Below the pieces are notes generated by a model. That model made no database searches, had not been told where the DNA came from, and saw nothing but the letters and a program-made list of their open reading frames with translations. The position numbers and the translations under genes were made by a program. This document shows, in pieces, positions 13,858 through 24,900 of a stretch of DNA of 48,699 bases; within the stretch, counting starts at the first letter, position 1, and each line of letters starts with the position of its first letter. Source of the stretch: Catajapyx aquilonaris (lineage: Eukaryota); assembly GCA_000934665.2 (NCBI GenBank), contig JYFJ02002923.1, forward strand, positions 1 to 48,699, given 5' to 3'.

Positions 13858-14859
13858 GTAAGTCGTCACCCATCCACATACATACAGTCTACTCTCTCTC
13901 TCTCTAGAGCTAGTAGCAAGAAGGGGGTCCAGTTATATGATTTTAGAAGGGGGGGTAGAAATCTCGAGGGAAGAAGATTTCCCTTCGGCTCCACAGCACA
14001 GTAGCTTTTGTCCGGGGATTTACGAGCGAGGTGGGCAAGTGAAGGAAAAGTTGGCTCGTAAAATAAGAAGCACTCACCGCTTCCAGCAGGGATATGGTGT
14101 TGGGGAATGGAGGATATGGGGATGATATATGCTGCTTCTCCTTGCTGGTATACCTTCAAAAATATTAGAATAATAATAATAAAAAAACAGAGAGATTCAA
14201 ATTGCGTATACACACTTCTCTCCGGATGCTATAATGCCGATTAAACCGGAGCCAGGTCCCCCTTATGGGGGAGGAACATAAATTCTTTCAACATGAATGT
14301 TCGCACTAAGCCGATTCCAGGCCCCAACTCGGAGGATTTTGATCCGGGACATGCTTCAACCGGAACAAGAGCCTGGAGTGGGCGGAATATATATTTTAGT
14401 CGTACAGAACTTTTTCTTTTCAATGTTGGAACAGAGAGAGAGGATTAATAGCTGGTTACAACTGACGAAACAAATTTTCTTTCGTTGTAGGAGCGAATTC
14501 TCGAATATGTTTTTGGCACTGATGGTTTTTAAAACAATGGTGACAATTAAACTGGCAACGTGCAGCCTACTTTACCCCACAAATTCCATAACATTAAAAA
14601 CACGTACATTTTACGTTCGTGTAACGTAATGCATTGCAGTCGTAAAGTAATTTACCCTCCAACATGTAATTTATTAACGTCATTTATGATCCCCAGGGGG
14701 TGGCTCTTTATTATGTTCATATAAAGTCGTAAATTGCCCCAGGGCATAATAATTATGAGATTACAGTGAGTTAGAATATACATTATGTAAACTATTATAA
14801 ATTCAAAGCTTTGCGGCTGTGTTCAAACCATGACAACAACAACATCACCACCACCACCG

Positions 14860-14922
<63 letters not shown>

Positions 14923-14942
14923 TTAATAATAATAATAATAAT
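14860..14942. repeat. (AAT)n microsatellite
   Basis: About 27 units with one interruption. Confidence 0.97.
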
Positions 14943-17305
14943 GCTTATCAGCCGAATAATCACTTTTAGTGCCTGTGACACCACTCAGATCAAATAGCGG
15001 ATAATTATTATTTATTGTTTCCTATATACTCTTGACAGCAGTGAACAGCATTATAAATCTGAGATTATTAATGTGTCCGACCTGGTGTGCAAACCACCTC
15101 GTGACGTTGTATGAAGCTCTCTGCAATTTGCATGCACCGGAATATTGATTCTCTCTAAACTTATACACTACATTACAAACAGTTTTGTCCGGTTAAATTC
15201 ATACGAGTCGGAATAGGACGATATGGGATCAATCGGCTGTAATTTAACGTGCTGCACACGTATTAATAGAGCACACTTTGATGGTTGCGCGTGCACGAAG
15301 CTTGTTGACATTATAAATTCTGTTGTGCTAATAAAAGAGCGCAAATTTGAAAATTATCAGTTTTGGGGCGGGCAGGGTTATTCACTCGAATCAGCCTGGC
15401 GTGTGCATCGCAACCGTATCGAGTATTGTTGTTAAGAGATATTGTAATTTCCGGTTGGTCACAGCTTCATGCACTCTCGCTCGGTTTGGCCTAAATTATT
15501 CACGCCGCATTATTTTCTGCCCTGTTTTATTCACAAGGGCCTGTTTCAATAAAAGGGAGAAAAGGCCGCCCTCTCTCAACATTATATAGGCCCTTTATTT
15601 GCTCGAATAATTCAACAAACCCCCCACCAAACTATACAGTGAAATAGCAACAGGCAGATTTCAACAGAGCAGACGCATCCACTGAATTATGATATATTTG
15701 TTGCAGCGCATTATGCAGGCTGTTCCTCTGCCCAAGTTGACGGTCCACAGATTGGAGAAGAGTTGATTAATTTATATAGTCAACTCCAGGAGTTTATAAG
15801 CCATCAACTCTTCTTCCTCTTCGAATCTGAATCTTATTGGGAAGACGAAAAAAAAATGTGTACAGTGTATGAACAATTTTTTTTTCGAACCTTGGAAACT
15901 TGGAGGGCTCATATTGATTGTTTTTTTGTATAGTATGCATGCTCTACTTTTTTTCCCGAGTCCATTGCATTGCAGCATAAAGCACCTGTTGACTGCAGTG
16001 TACTGCAAAGAGAATCACTAAAGTACCGACGCTAAATATCACACATATTAGGGGATTTTGGGAGTTGACCAGCAGCCGGAGTTTGTTTTCGGAAAAATCG
16101 ATCATACAGGCACAGGGTGTTTCAACAAAACTTGTCCGAATTACTTGCCAAATCTGTTTGTTATTTAGTTGATAAATGTCATGTGCCAGGATTAATATCG
16201 TCGCATTTGTTTGGTTAGGGTGAAATGGACCTATCAATTTGCCATGATTATAGCTTCTCTTTGAACTGTTTGCTTGATAAACGATTATGCAAATAGCCGG
16301 AGAATGCAATAATCCGTAATTCAATTAGTGGCTCAGTTCTTGTGTCTGAACCAGCTCGGTTTGTTCGTATCTCCACCTGCAGCAAGTTGCGAAGAGAAAA
16401 AGGCCAGAAGATAAAAGGCAACACCGATACAGTGAACCAATTGAACACCATTGCAGACGTCCTTTTGAAAAGAAACTATACGAAATCCTGGAATCCAGGG
16501 GGGGCTTAGGAACTACTGCAACAAACAGTGTGTGTATCTGCCTGCTTCCAACCTGCACTGATTCAATGCAGGTCCCTTCACTATATATACTCGCGGATAA
16601 AGTTTCCCGGAGTTTCATCCGGAGATTGGCTCCCCTTTCTCTCCAGCATAGGCCCCCTCCGGACATTTTGGTCGGCCCTATAAAACAACCTTCTGGGAAA
16701 TTTGGCCACGTTTACCTGGCGGGATTGATGAATCCCAACAGCCGCATCCAAACCTGGCCGACGACCACCCTGTATATCAACACCTTTTGTTATTGCATAG
16801 AGAAAAGGACCAAATTTGCTCGCTTCATTTTTTGAGGGGGAGAGAGAAAATCGAGATTTGACGCCTCGTTTGGTGGAGAGGATTTTTTTGGGTGTGAAGT
16901 TGCGCACTTTTTTTTTGTTGATTGGGCCAGAGTGGAATTGGTCCAAGAGAGACGGAGTTTTGTTCCAGATCACTTCAGAACAACACTTCAGATCCTCGCT
17001 CGGTCAGAAAAAAAAAACAAAATGTCGATAACTTTTTTTTTTTGCGGCGAATTTCCGGCAATTCACTGGACATCTTTATCTTCTAAAGTTGAAAACCTCT
17101 CGCTTCGCTTGCATTTTTCTATTCCTGATGTTAGAGAAACACTCTACGCTGGCGTTTTTCTAGGCCTGCGGACGAGGATGCCCTTCCCTCCCTCCCTCCT
17201 CCCACTTTTCAAGTTTCCATGGAAATGACCTGGACAATATTAGCGAACAGTCAACAAAAGGACTTGACACTTACGTTAGTGGCACAACTGAAAACCAACA
17301 ATATC

Positions 17306-17343
17306 CAATTACCTATGTATCCTGACTTTAGAGTCACCCTGTA
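17306..17343 (-). mobile_element. TA-CAGGGTGACTCTAAA TIR fragment (Tc1/mariner-type MITE end)
   Basis: Reverse complement tacagggtgactctaaagtcaggatacataggtaattg resembles 33446-33485. Confidence 0.55.
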
Positions 17344-17748
17344 TATGTGATGGTCTCTACGCCTGAATTCTATGGCTGTTTTGCACCTATAGCTGCATGT
17401 GACTTATCCTCCCTCGGGAGCTGCGTAATTCATGTCCAGCAGTCCCTTACCTGGAAAACCAGTTAAAATTTTTTATTCTAAAAAAAGAGGGGGGGCTGCT
17501 GCCCATCTCCCTGTTGAAGTTCTCCGTTGTGAGTGTGTTCGGATTGTAGTCGGAAATTACACAGGTTGAGTAGAGGGTGGGGGGGGGGGGGTGNGTGTGG
17601 GAGTTGGCACCGGGCACAGAGTCAAGTCAAGGACTTCATATGTCATCCTTGCAAATGGAATTTTCAGGCAGCTCATTAAAAGCGGGGCTTGCGAAGGGGC
17701 GCTAATGCCGCTCATTTCCAACATTTCGCGGGAGGAACAAGGGACTGT

Positions 17749-17770
17749 GAGAGAGAGAGAGAGAGAGAGA
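17749..17770. repeat. (GA)n microsatellite
   Basis: Direct reading. Confidence 0.9.
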
Positions 17771-18193
17771 AAAAAATAGAGGGTCAGGTGTGATTTTGTT
17801 AGTGGTTAGGTGTAGTCGAGGGGAAAATAACGAGGTGCCCTCTCTTTGCTCGATTTTTTTTAAAAAAATTGTGGGGGCTCTAGGGATAGATAGAATCCAG
17901 GGTTGGCCTCAGGGTTTGGCTCCGGATTGGCTGCAGCCAAGATGAAGTCATAAAAAAATGGCTTCCCCTGTAGCTCTTGCTTTTTTTGGTCTGATGGCGG
18001 GAAGCATTGATTTCCCAGCCGACACTTTGTTAGCTATGCATGAGCGACCCAAATTGCTGTCCTCATCATGAGCGTCGTCAAAAGTTGTATCGGAAAAAGG
18101 CATCATGGATGGGGTGGAAGGGAGGGACAATCTCGAGATGAGATAATGCAGCTTCTGGTTATCAAAACTTGCGTATATGTGTTGTAATTGCAG

Positions 18194-18380
18194 ATCATAA
18201 TCGAGGGAATCAGAGGTTCCAGCTACATCAGTGACACTGCTATTGATGATGTGCTGCTTACTCGAGGACAAGATTGTGTGGTGCCCACCACTACGTCTAC
18301 TACAACGACTGTGGCCACGACATTGCTGACCTCTGACACAGAGCCGGATACCAGCAGTACCATGGAGTCTGAAGAGAGCG
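18194..18380 (+). CDS. SR-C: SR-C exon 7: MAM C-terminus plus Thr-rich linker
   Basis: IIIEGIRGSSYISDTAIDDVLL..C closes the MAM domain; ttgcag acceptor (phase 0); donor GTAATA at 18381. Confidence 0.9.
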
Positions 18381-18536
18381 GTAATATGTATTCCATAATT
18401 TAAATATTCGTTCATTAGTCTCACAATCAGTACAGAACAGACGTATTTGGAGTTTCACTTCTTGCACAAAATATTATCCGAGATTCTGACAGCTTTATTT
18501 TAACTTAATCAATAAGTAGGATCCTATATAATATTA

Positions 18537-18597
18537 TGTTCCTGGGCTTAACGCGATTTTGACATTTTTGTGGGTTGACACATTATTGCATAACACC
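18537..18597 (-). mobile_element. Solo arm of the 4996-5224 MITE family
   Basis: Reverse complement matches 4996-5056 at 55/61 without gaps. Confidence 0.8.
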
Positions 18598-20069
18598 GGC
18601 ATATAAGCTCCTCGGAAGGCTTATGGAAGAATCTCACTGAGAAAAGCATGCTGTGAATGATAAAAAGTTTTCCCTCTACAAGTCTACATTACTAGCAGCT
18701 TACAAAACCTGCAATAATAATAAATCATATATGGACGTTCATTTGTTACATGTTGCGATAATGGCTATTAAATCCGATTTTTTTTAAAAAAATCACTTGG
18801 CCATAAGACAGTGCCAATATTGCACAGGTGATTACAGAATGTTCCAGGAAGATGCTGGCATGAGCTTAGATGATAGGCCTCTGTATACAGTACAGGAGCT
18901 GCAAAAATAAAGCTGCAGGCAGGCCATGTTGCGAAGATTAATTTTTGAGTTCCTCTTCTCCCTTATATTCCGAGCGCCTATAATAAATTGCCCTGGTGAG
19001 AACTAGGCTAGTCTCGTATTTCCCCCCACCAGCTAAATGGAATGTGGGAAGCCTCGTAAAGAACCGCATTATCTGGAGAAATAACCGAGAACAAATTACG
19101 AGGGGGCGAAAATGACCATGGCGCTCCACACAATAATGATCCTCTTTGGACGTTGCAGGTTTTTATATAAAAGCTGGAGCATCGTTGCTGGCTTCTTTTT
19201 TTTCTTCTTCAGAAAATTAGTGATTCGCTCTCCGAATTTTTATGTGCGGAGTCTGTGTACTTCCATTAGGCTCATTGGCAGTCATGGATTCAACAGGGTG
19301 TCCCCACGGAGCGATTTCATGTCGGATTTATTGCGGGATTTACCTGTCTCTGAAAACTACGGGAGGTGGAAGTCCCAGCCATTATTACACTGCTGTGCTC
19401 TCTCAAATAGAAAGCAGGAAAATGTGGCAGCAACGCTGCTTGGACAAAGAAAAAGGCGTACCCGCGGGATATTTTGCAACTGTTTTCCACGCGCAGGTTA
19501 AAATTGTGAGCTCGCATCACTTACAATGCATGCATAATGGATAAAATATCCGGGCCATTAAATTTTTTCCGAAAATTTGATCCACTTTGTTGAACCCTTG
19601 GCGCACTGTGTATGTATAAACAGCAGGTACACAATGCAACAAGTATCACATGTGGCCTCATTAGCTGTTATTATGCGCCCAGCACCATGTGTAAAACTTG
19701 ACGCACGTATTTGGAAATGAACAGAAGATTCTTCACCTGCATTCAATAATTAAGTAGTCATAACGCACAGAAGGTAAAGAGGCTTTACGCTTTGCATGTA
19801 CTCTAAACATTGTTATTGGGAACAAGCTTTGTTTTTTTAAAAAAATGTTGGTTGCAGGGAGTATGACCGACTTAGCAAAATAAGCAGCTTAACGCGCTGG
19901 AAAGTGGATGAAGCCTGCAAAATACATTGCTGGGAGTAATTAATCTGATGCTTACTTTCACTGCATGAAGATGCACCTTTTATCATTATTATTATTATTA
20001 TTATAGTAACACGGCTTCTGCTGAAGAGACCAAGTGACAAATAATGTGACTCTTATTTTACATATGCAG

Positions 20070-20213
20070 AGACCACCGAGGAAGATGACCACAACTCTTC
20101 GTGCGAGGGACTCTGCGGCAGTCGAGGTCGTCTGTCACACCACTGCGACTGTCACCCTGAGTGCGCTCAAGAGCACACCTGTTGCCCGGATTATGCCAAG
20201 TACTGCGTCTCAG
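20070..20213 (+). CDS. SR-C: SR-C exon 8: somatomedin B domain
   Basis: Frame not listed in the ORF track: SCEGLCGSRGRLSHHCDCHPECAQEHTCCPDYAKYC (8-Cys SMB with CCxDY); atgcag acceptor, donor CAG|GTATGT at 20214. Confidence 0.92.
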
Positions 20214-20617
20214 GTATGTGTCACATGCGCTCAAAAAAAAATAAATGTTGCGGACACATGGTGCGAGAGGAGAAGAAACAATGATCTTGCTGCTGGAGAC
20301 TTGCGTATTCCCCATACGAAAAATCATACTAGGAAATGAATTCGCAAACCTCCAATTGAATTGCGGGACACCGCTTCCTAAAATTTTCTAAGGGTACAGG
20401 GGCAGTGAATAATTCGGGAGTGGGTGGGGACTATAGGTGGCGTGACCGGCGCCAATTGGATCTCTCTGTCCGCATTACCCTTTGCACGCAGCCTGCTAAA
20501 AACGTCCCATTTCATTTCCCTTGGATGAGTTTTTTTTTGTGCGAAAATGTTCGACCGGGAGCCACCTAAATCCTTTTTAAAAAAAAGTTTCATTTTGGGT
20601 GAGTCTGAATCCTCCAG

Positions 20618-20697
20618 CGTGAATTCAACCGTTAGGCTCCACCCTGAATCTTGAACGCGCATGCGCAAACAACTTGTGGGTGGAGCCAGATTTCACG
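20618..20697. repeat. Small fold-back centred on GCGCATGCGC
   Basis: GGCTCCACCC(20635)/GGGTGGAGCC(20678) perfect 10-bp IR plus outer CGTGAA/TTCACG. Confidence 0.5.
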
Positions 20698-21148
20698 TTA
20701 TCGGTCACGTTCACGTTTCGTGCCTTCCGGGGATCGCAAAAAAAATAATGTCTGTTGTATAGTAATGCAACTTTCGTGACACGATTACGTCAAGGACGAC
20801 TTGGGCGCCATTTGTTACCAGGCGGTGGTGGTGGGAGGGCGGGTGTTGTGTTCCGCTGAGCGATGGTCCTGCGGCATGAATATTGCTCCGGCACAATTGG
20901 ACACTGTCACGTTTATTTACTTCTTTTCGGGGAAAAACGAAAGCCGAGCAGGAAACTCGGGGATTGCATTTTTTGGGGGGGAGGGGCACCAATGTCGCGG
21001 ATCCAGTTTCAATGCGCGGTGCTTTTGATCTGGACGGTCATGAATGGGAACGAACTAGTTCGGTCACGATATGATACAAAGGAATTTCTAAGTCGAAAAA
21101 GGATGGCATTATTGTGTTTCAGAGCTGATGTTAGTCCAACCGTTTCAG

Positions 21149-21927
21149 ACTGGCCATCACCTATGGAGCCATCTTCAACATGGTTGACTGACATGGAGGA
21201 ATCAGCCGAAACAACCTGGATAACGGAGTCTATTCCAGAAACCACTGGAGAATCCATATCCAGCCCTGGAGAAGCTGTTACCAGCACTGAAAAACCCACG
21301 GTCAATACTGTGGAAGCCACGACCAGCACCCAAACCACGGTGCAGTCCACCACCCCTATGAAGACAACGCTGAACGCAAGTACGACCCCTGTTGCGGTTA
21401 CGACAATTAGTAGTAGCACCACGCATCGGACAACGACTGTTGCACAGTTGACAACGACTGTCGCACGGTTAACAACGACTGTCGCACGGTTGACGACGAC
21501 TGAAAAGACCACGCAGCGTACCACGACAGCTTCCACTAGCACAAATGCACCGACAACGACAACCACAACGGCGGTACCAGTACCGCCTCCTAACACTACG
21601 ACACCCACAGAAGCCACCAGTGTGCGTACGGAACCCACAACGACCAGCACTGTACAGTCTTCAACGACAGGCAGCGACGAAGTGGAAGTGCAGGCCGAGT
21701 GGTCAGTGAGTCCAGTCGCCATCGGACTGGCCGGTGGACTGACCCTGGCCTTCCTGGTGGCCATTTCCATCCTGGCTATCCACATCCACCGACGACGACG
21801 TCTGGCAGAGACGACGCAGCAGCGACGCCTGCCAGACGACTCCGACGTCAGGTTTCTGACTCAACCGGACATGGAGCTGGACTTCACATTAGCTCGACCT
21901 CTCATGATGGGAGACTCGGACTTGTAA
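21149..21927 (+). CDS. SR-C: SR-C exon 9: Thr/Ser/Pro mucin stalk, TM helix, cytoplasmic tail, stop
   Basis: cgtttcag acceptor gives the required phase 1; TM VAIGLAGGLTLAFLVAISILAI followed by RRRR stop-transfer; TAA at 21925-21927. Confidence 0.88.
21430..21502 (+). repeat. Coding 21-bp minisatellite (TTTVAQ/RL x3.5) in the mucin stalk
   Basis: acaacgactgtYgcacRgttR units at 21430, 21451, 21472, partial at 21493. Confidence 0.9.
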
Positions 21928-21980
21928 ATGTGACCAAGGTGACAGCTGAAAGGACGTCTGTATTTATCGAGTTTTTGGTT

Positions 21981-21992
21981 AATAAAAATAAA
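21981..21992 (+). terminator. Candidate polyadenylation signals of SR-C
   Basis: Tandem AATAAA (21981, 21987) 54 nt after the stop, with GT-rich sequence downstream. Confidence 0.55.
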
Positions 21993-24900
21993 ATATTAGT
22001 TGCGAAGTTATGCAGTTGAATGCCCAGTAGCTGTGTGTTCATTTTAGGATATTTTGCAGTTCCCTATATGAGAGAATCGATTGCGGGACAATTACATAGT
22101 TTTGTGTTTGTTAGTCTGTGTTTGCTGTTTTTTTCTCTCTCTCTGTCTCTTTTTAAAAAAACACGCACAAAACAAGCATCGATTGTTTCATTGGCGGAGC
22201 AACAAGTATTTTTGTGCCGCGGCTTTGTCGCAATATTGTCATCAGCGAACGGGTCGAGTGAGGTGCAAACAATGCGGCCAATGCAAAAATTGGTCGCGCA
22301 AATATAGCATCAGTGGAATTACAGCCACTTGTGTACTTTTGTTTCTTTTGATTTTGAGCGGACTCCTGCACTTGTATGATACAAAGTAAACAAAATGGCT
22401 AGCCTTGCTCAAACACTACACATTTATAACGTCCAAAAATTTGTCTGTACGTCGTGCATGTTTCTGAGAATGTATGTTGCATGTGGATATGTGTGTTCCT
22501 GTTGGGGTGTAAAATTCTGCTGTGTCCCCGAAATTACTCGCGTCATTTGCCTCGGCTTGATGTGTCTGGTGTACCGGTTTGGCAGGCAAAAAAAAATGGC
22601 AGTTACTATACGCATCGGCAAGGCCCGCAGAGCAGAGTGATATGTAAGCTCTCTGTGTGTTGTCAGGAAAGGCATGAGTTATAAATTCGTAGGTTGCGGC
22701 GGATGCGATGTGTCTGGACTGCAAGCAAGCGTGCGAGCATTGCCGTAAAAATGATTGATGTCAAAGAACCATCGGGACAGCATTGTTATATTACAACACC
22801 CACCCACCTCCCAACTAACATGCTCTGCATCCCTTCTTGTCATATCGACCATCCGATCTTTTTTTTGTGCTCGATTTAGCTTCAATTTGTACACTGCATC
22901 CATACCAAACATACGCTGCAATGTACTATCCATCCAAAAAAAAGTACGCTAACAATAGTCAACAATGTTAGTGAGTAATTCAGTCTTGATAATATATTTT
23001 GCGGTGTAAAATGTATGTCTTTGGATCATACTTTCGTTTTTGGCATTATTTCCACTAAATCAGTTCGTATACGATCAATTTCAATCATGCAAACTGCTTC
23101 GGACAGATTTTCCTTCATTTATTTTTCCTTTTCCTTGGTCGTGATTCCGGACTGTCATGTTTTTTGAATCACGTCGCTCGCCATGTGTTCGGATTCTGAC
23201 AATGGAATGAGCTAGAAAAGGCTATAAAAATACAGGGGGGAGGGGGAAATGGGGGGCTACAACATTGTAGGATGAAGGAGGGTCACGCAAAATATTACGA
23301 ACAGTAAAAATTGACAACGACATGATCTAGTCTAGGAAAAAAAGAGAAGAAATACGGCCCTATGAGGTGGCAGTAAAAAGGAAATTGTCAATTTATTGAG
23401 TCCCCTTTTTTTCGGTCTTCGTTCCCTTTGTCAAGAAAGAGTATTGCCTTATATCGGATTTTGACTTTGACCAAATTAATATTCAATGCAAAATCGGAAT
23501 TTCTGTGTTAATATCTCCGTTGGGATTTGTTGCGAAGGCGAAGAAATCACTCTGGATGATATCTCCATGCTGCTCCCTGAATACAACTTATGTATTCCCT
23601 TCAATTTCCAGAGCGTTCCAGAGACACATGCACAGCAGGTGTGAAAATTTTCAGTCGATCTGTGAAAATAGTGTCTGGGAGGCTGCAAATCCCTGCCGAA
23701 AATCATCCGGACTGGCAATTTCCGGATCGTCGATTGCTGAGTTTAGCAGCCAATTAGTGGGGCCGTGATTACAAGAGTGTGGCAGCAAGCAAGCGGCGTG
23801 TACACAATTATTATGCGAGCATATACATCACAAGACCTGTGTGATCGCAAAGTCCCCAATCTCCATATTTCATTCGGAGGAGCGAGAGGATTTCGCAGCA
23901 GCTATAGTTATATGCTCCACTCCATTTCCGTCACATGCCATTTTACCCCCTAAACAGCGCTGATGCTAATTAGCTGCAAAGGCGGTTAGCTGCTGATTGA
24001 TTGGATTCACCTGCGGAACACCCGAGTTGCATGCGACAAAGGGATGGTCTCAATCACTTATCAATGATATTGCTGGGTTCAACTTACAACTTGCAAAAGA
24101 AAAATGTATGAATGACTCTCAGCGGATAGAGGAAAATTTATTTTCAACATGGTTGCCACATTTTGCATCACTTTGTATACATGAAATTCCGTGCCGCATT
24201 TTCCAAAAATGGATTTGATGTTATCTGACAACGCACACGCTGTGGTCATAAAGTGGTAAGAAGGGGAGCCCTTTCATTTTTCCAAGGGTTAGTACCCCGT
24301 GCATGTTGGGTCCACCGGAGCTGTGTTTATGCGGGTGGGCTTTGCGTGAGGTGCGTGTACGCATTTGCGCAATTGCTGAGAGGGACCTATACCCTCTGCG
24401 GCTAAAGATCCGCGCTGGCTCATGTGCAAGGTCTGTCTAATGAGCTTGAATGACAATTATATTGTCAGAGGACACTTCCTTGTACCTAGACGTTTGTCTT
24501 AATATTTCATGAAACTCTAACAAGCAGGAAAGTGCTGTACGTGGCCTTGTAATGGGGCTAAGTGCATATGGTCTTGTTACGTAAGTAGATGCATTATTGG
24601 AGAAAAGGCTAGGACGTCCTTGCCCAGGAGGCACTTCAACCTACTTCGGTCTCACTTCCGGACTACTAAAAGCCATATGCACAGTGTATGTGTGTGTGTG
24701 TCTGGAACTTGACCCTAAAAGCTTTTGCTCCACATACACCCCCCTGCCATTAATATAAGAGAGAGCATGACCAACGCCCTTCTATGCAAAGGCTGGAAGG
24801 ACATTTATTAAGCTTGAAAATGGAGTTGGGTACATTCAAGGGATGACAGTGTTTCCTCTGTGATTTTGGACCAGGCCCAGTCCCGTGTGAATGGCCAGGG

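Larger units (their letters stand above)
28..21927 (+). other. SR-C: Class C scavenger receptor gene (SP-CCP-CCP-MAM-SMB-mucin-TM), 9 coding exons, ~659 aa
   Basis: Join 28-124,1613-1777,1856-2020,5703-5873,5936-6076,13727-13857,18194-18380,20070-20213,21149-21927. All introns are GT..AG, phases 1,1,1,1,1,0,1,1 are compatible, total 1980 nt. Domain order matches Drosophila Sr-CI (established knowledge). Confidence 0.88.

Noticed and set aside
17948..18424. 158-aa minus-strand ORF
   Set aside because: Antisense to MAM exon 7
20214..20284. Intron 8 polyadenylation giving a secreted form
   Set aside because: AATAAA at 20240 lies in an A-run and precedes the in-frame stop
20034..20339. 101-aa ORF over exon 8
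   Set aside because: Wrong frame; the SMB domain is read in another frame
20863..21148. N-terminal part of the 354-aa ORF
   Set aside because: Intronic open frame. The phase-compatible strong acceptor is at 21148; the CAG at 21122 is out of phase and the in-phase GAG at 21124 is weak
21009..21785. 258-aa Val-rich minus-strand ORF
   Set aside because: Antisense shadow of the Thr-codon-rich mucin exon
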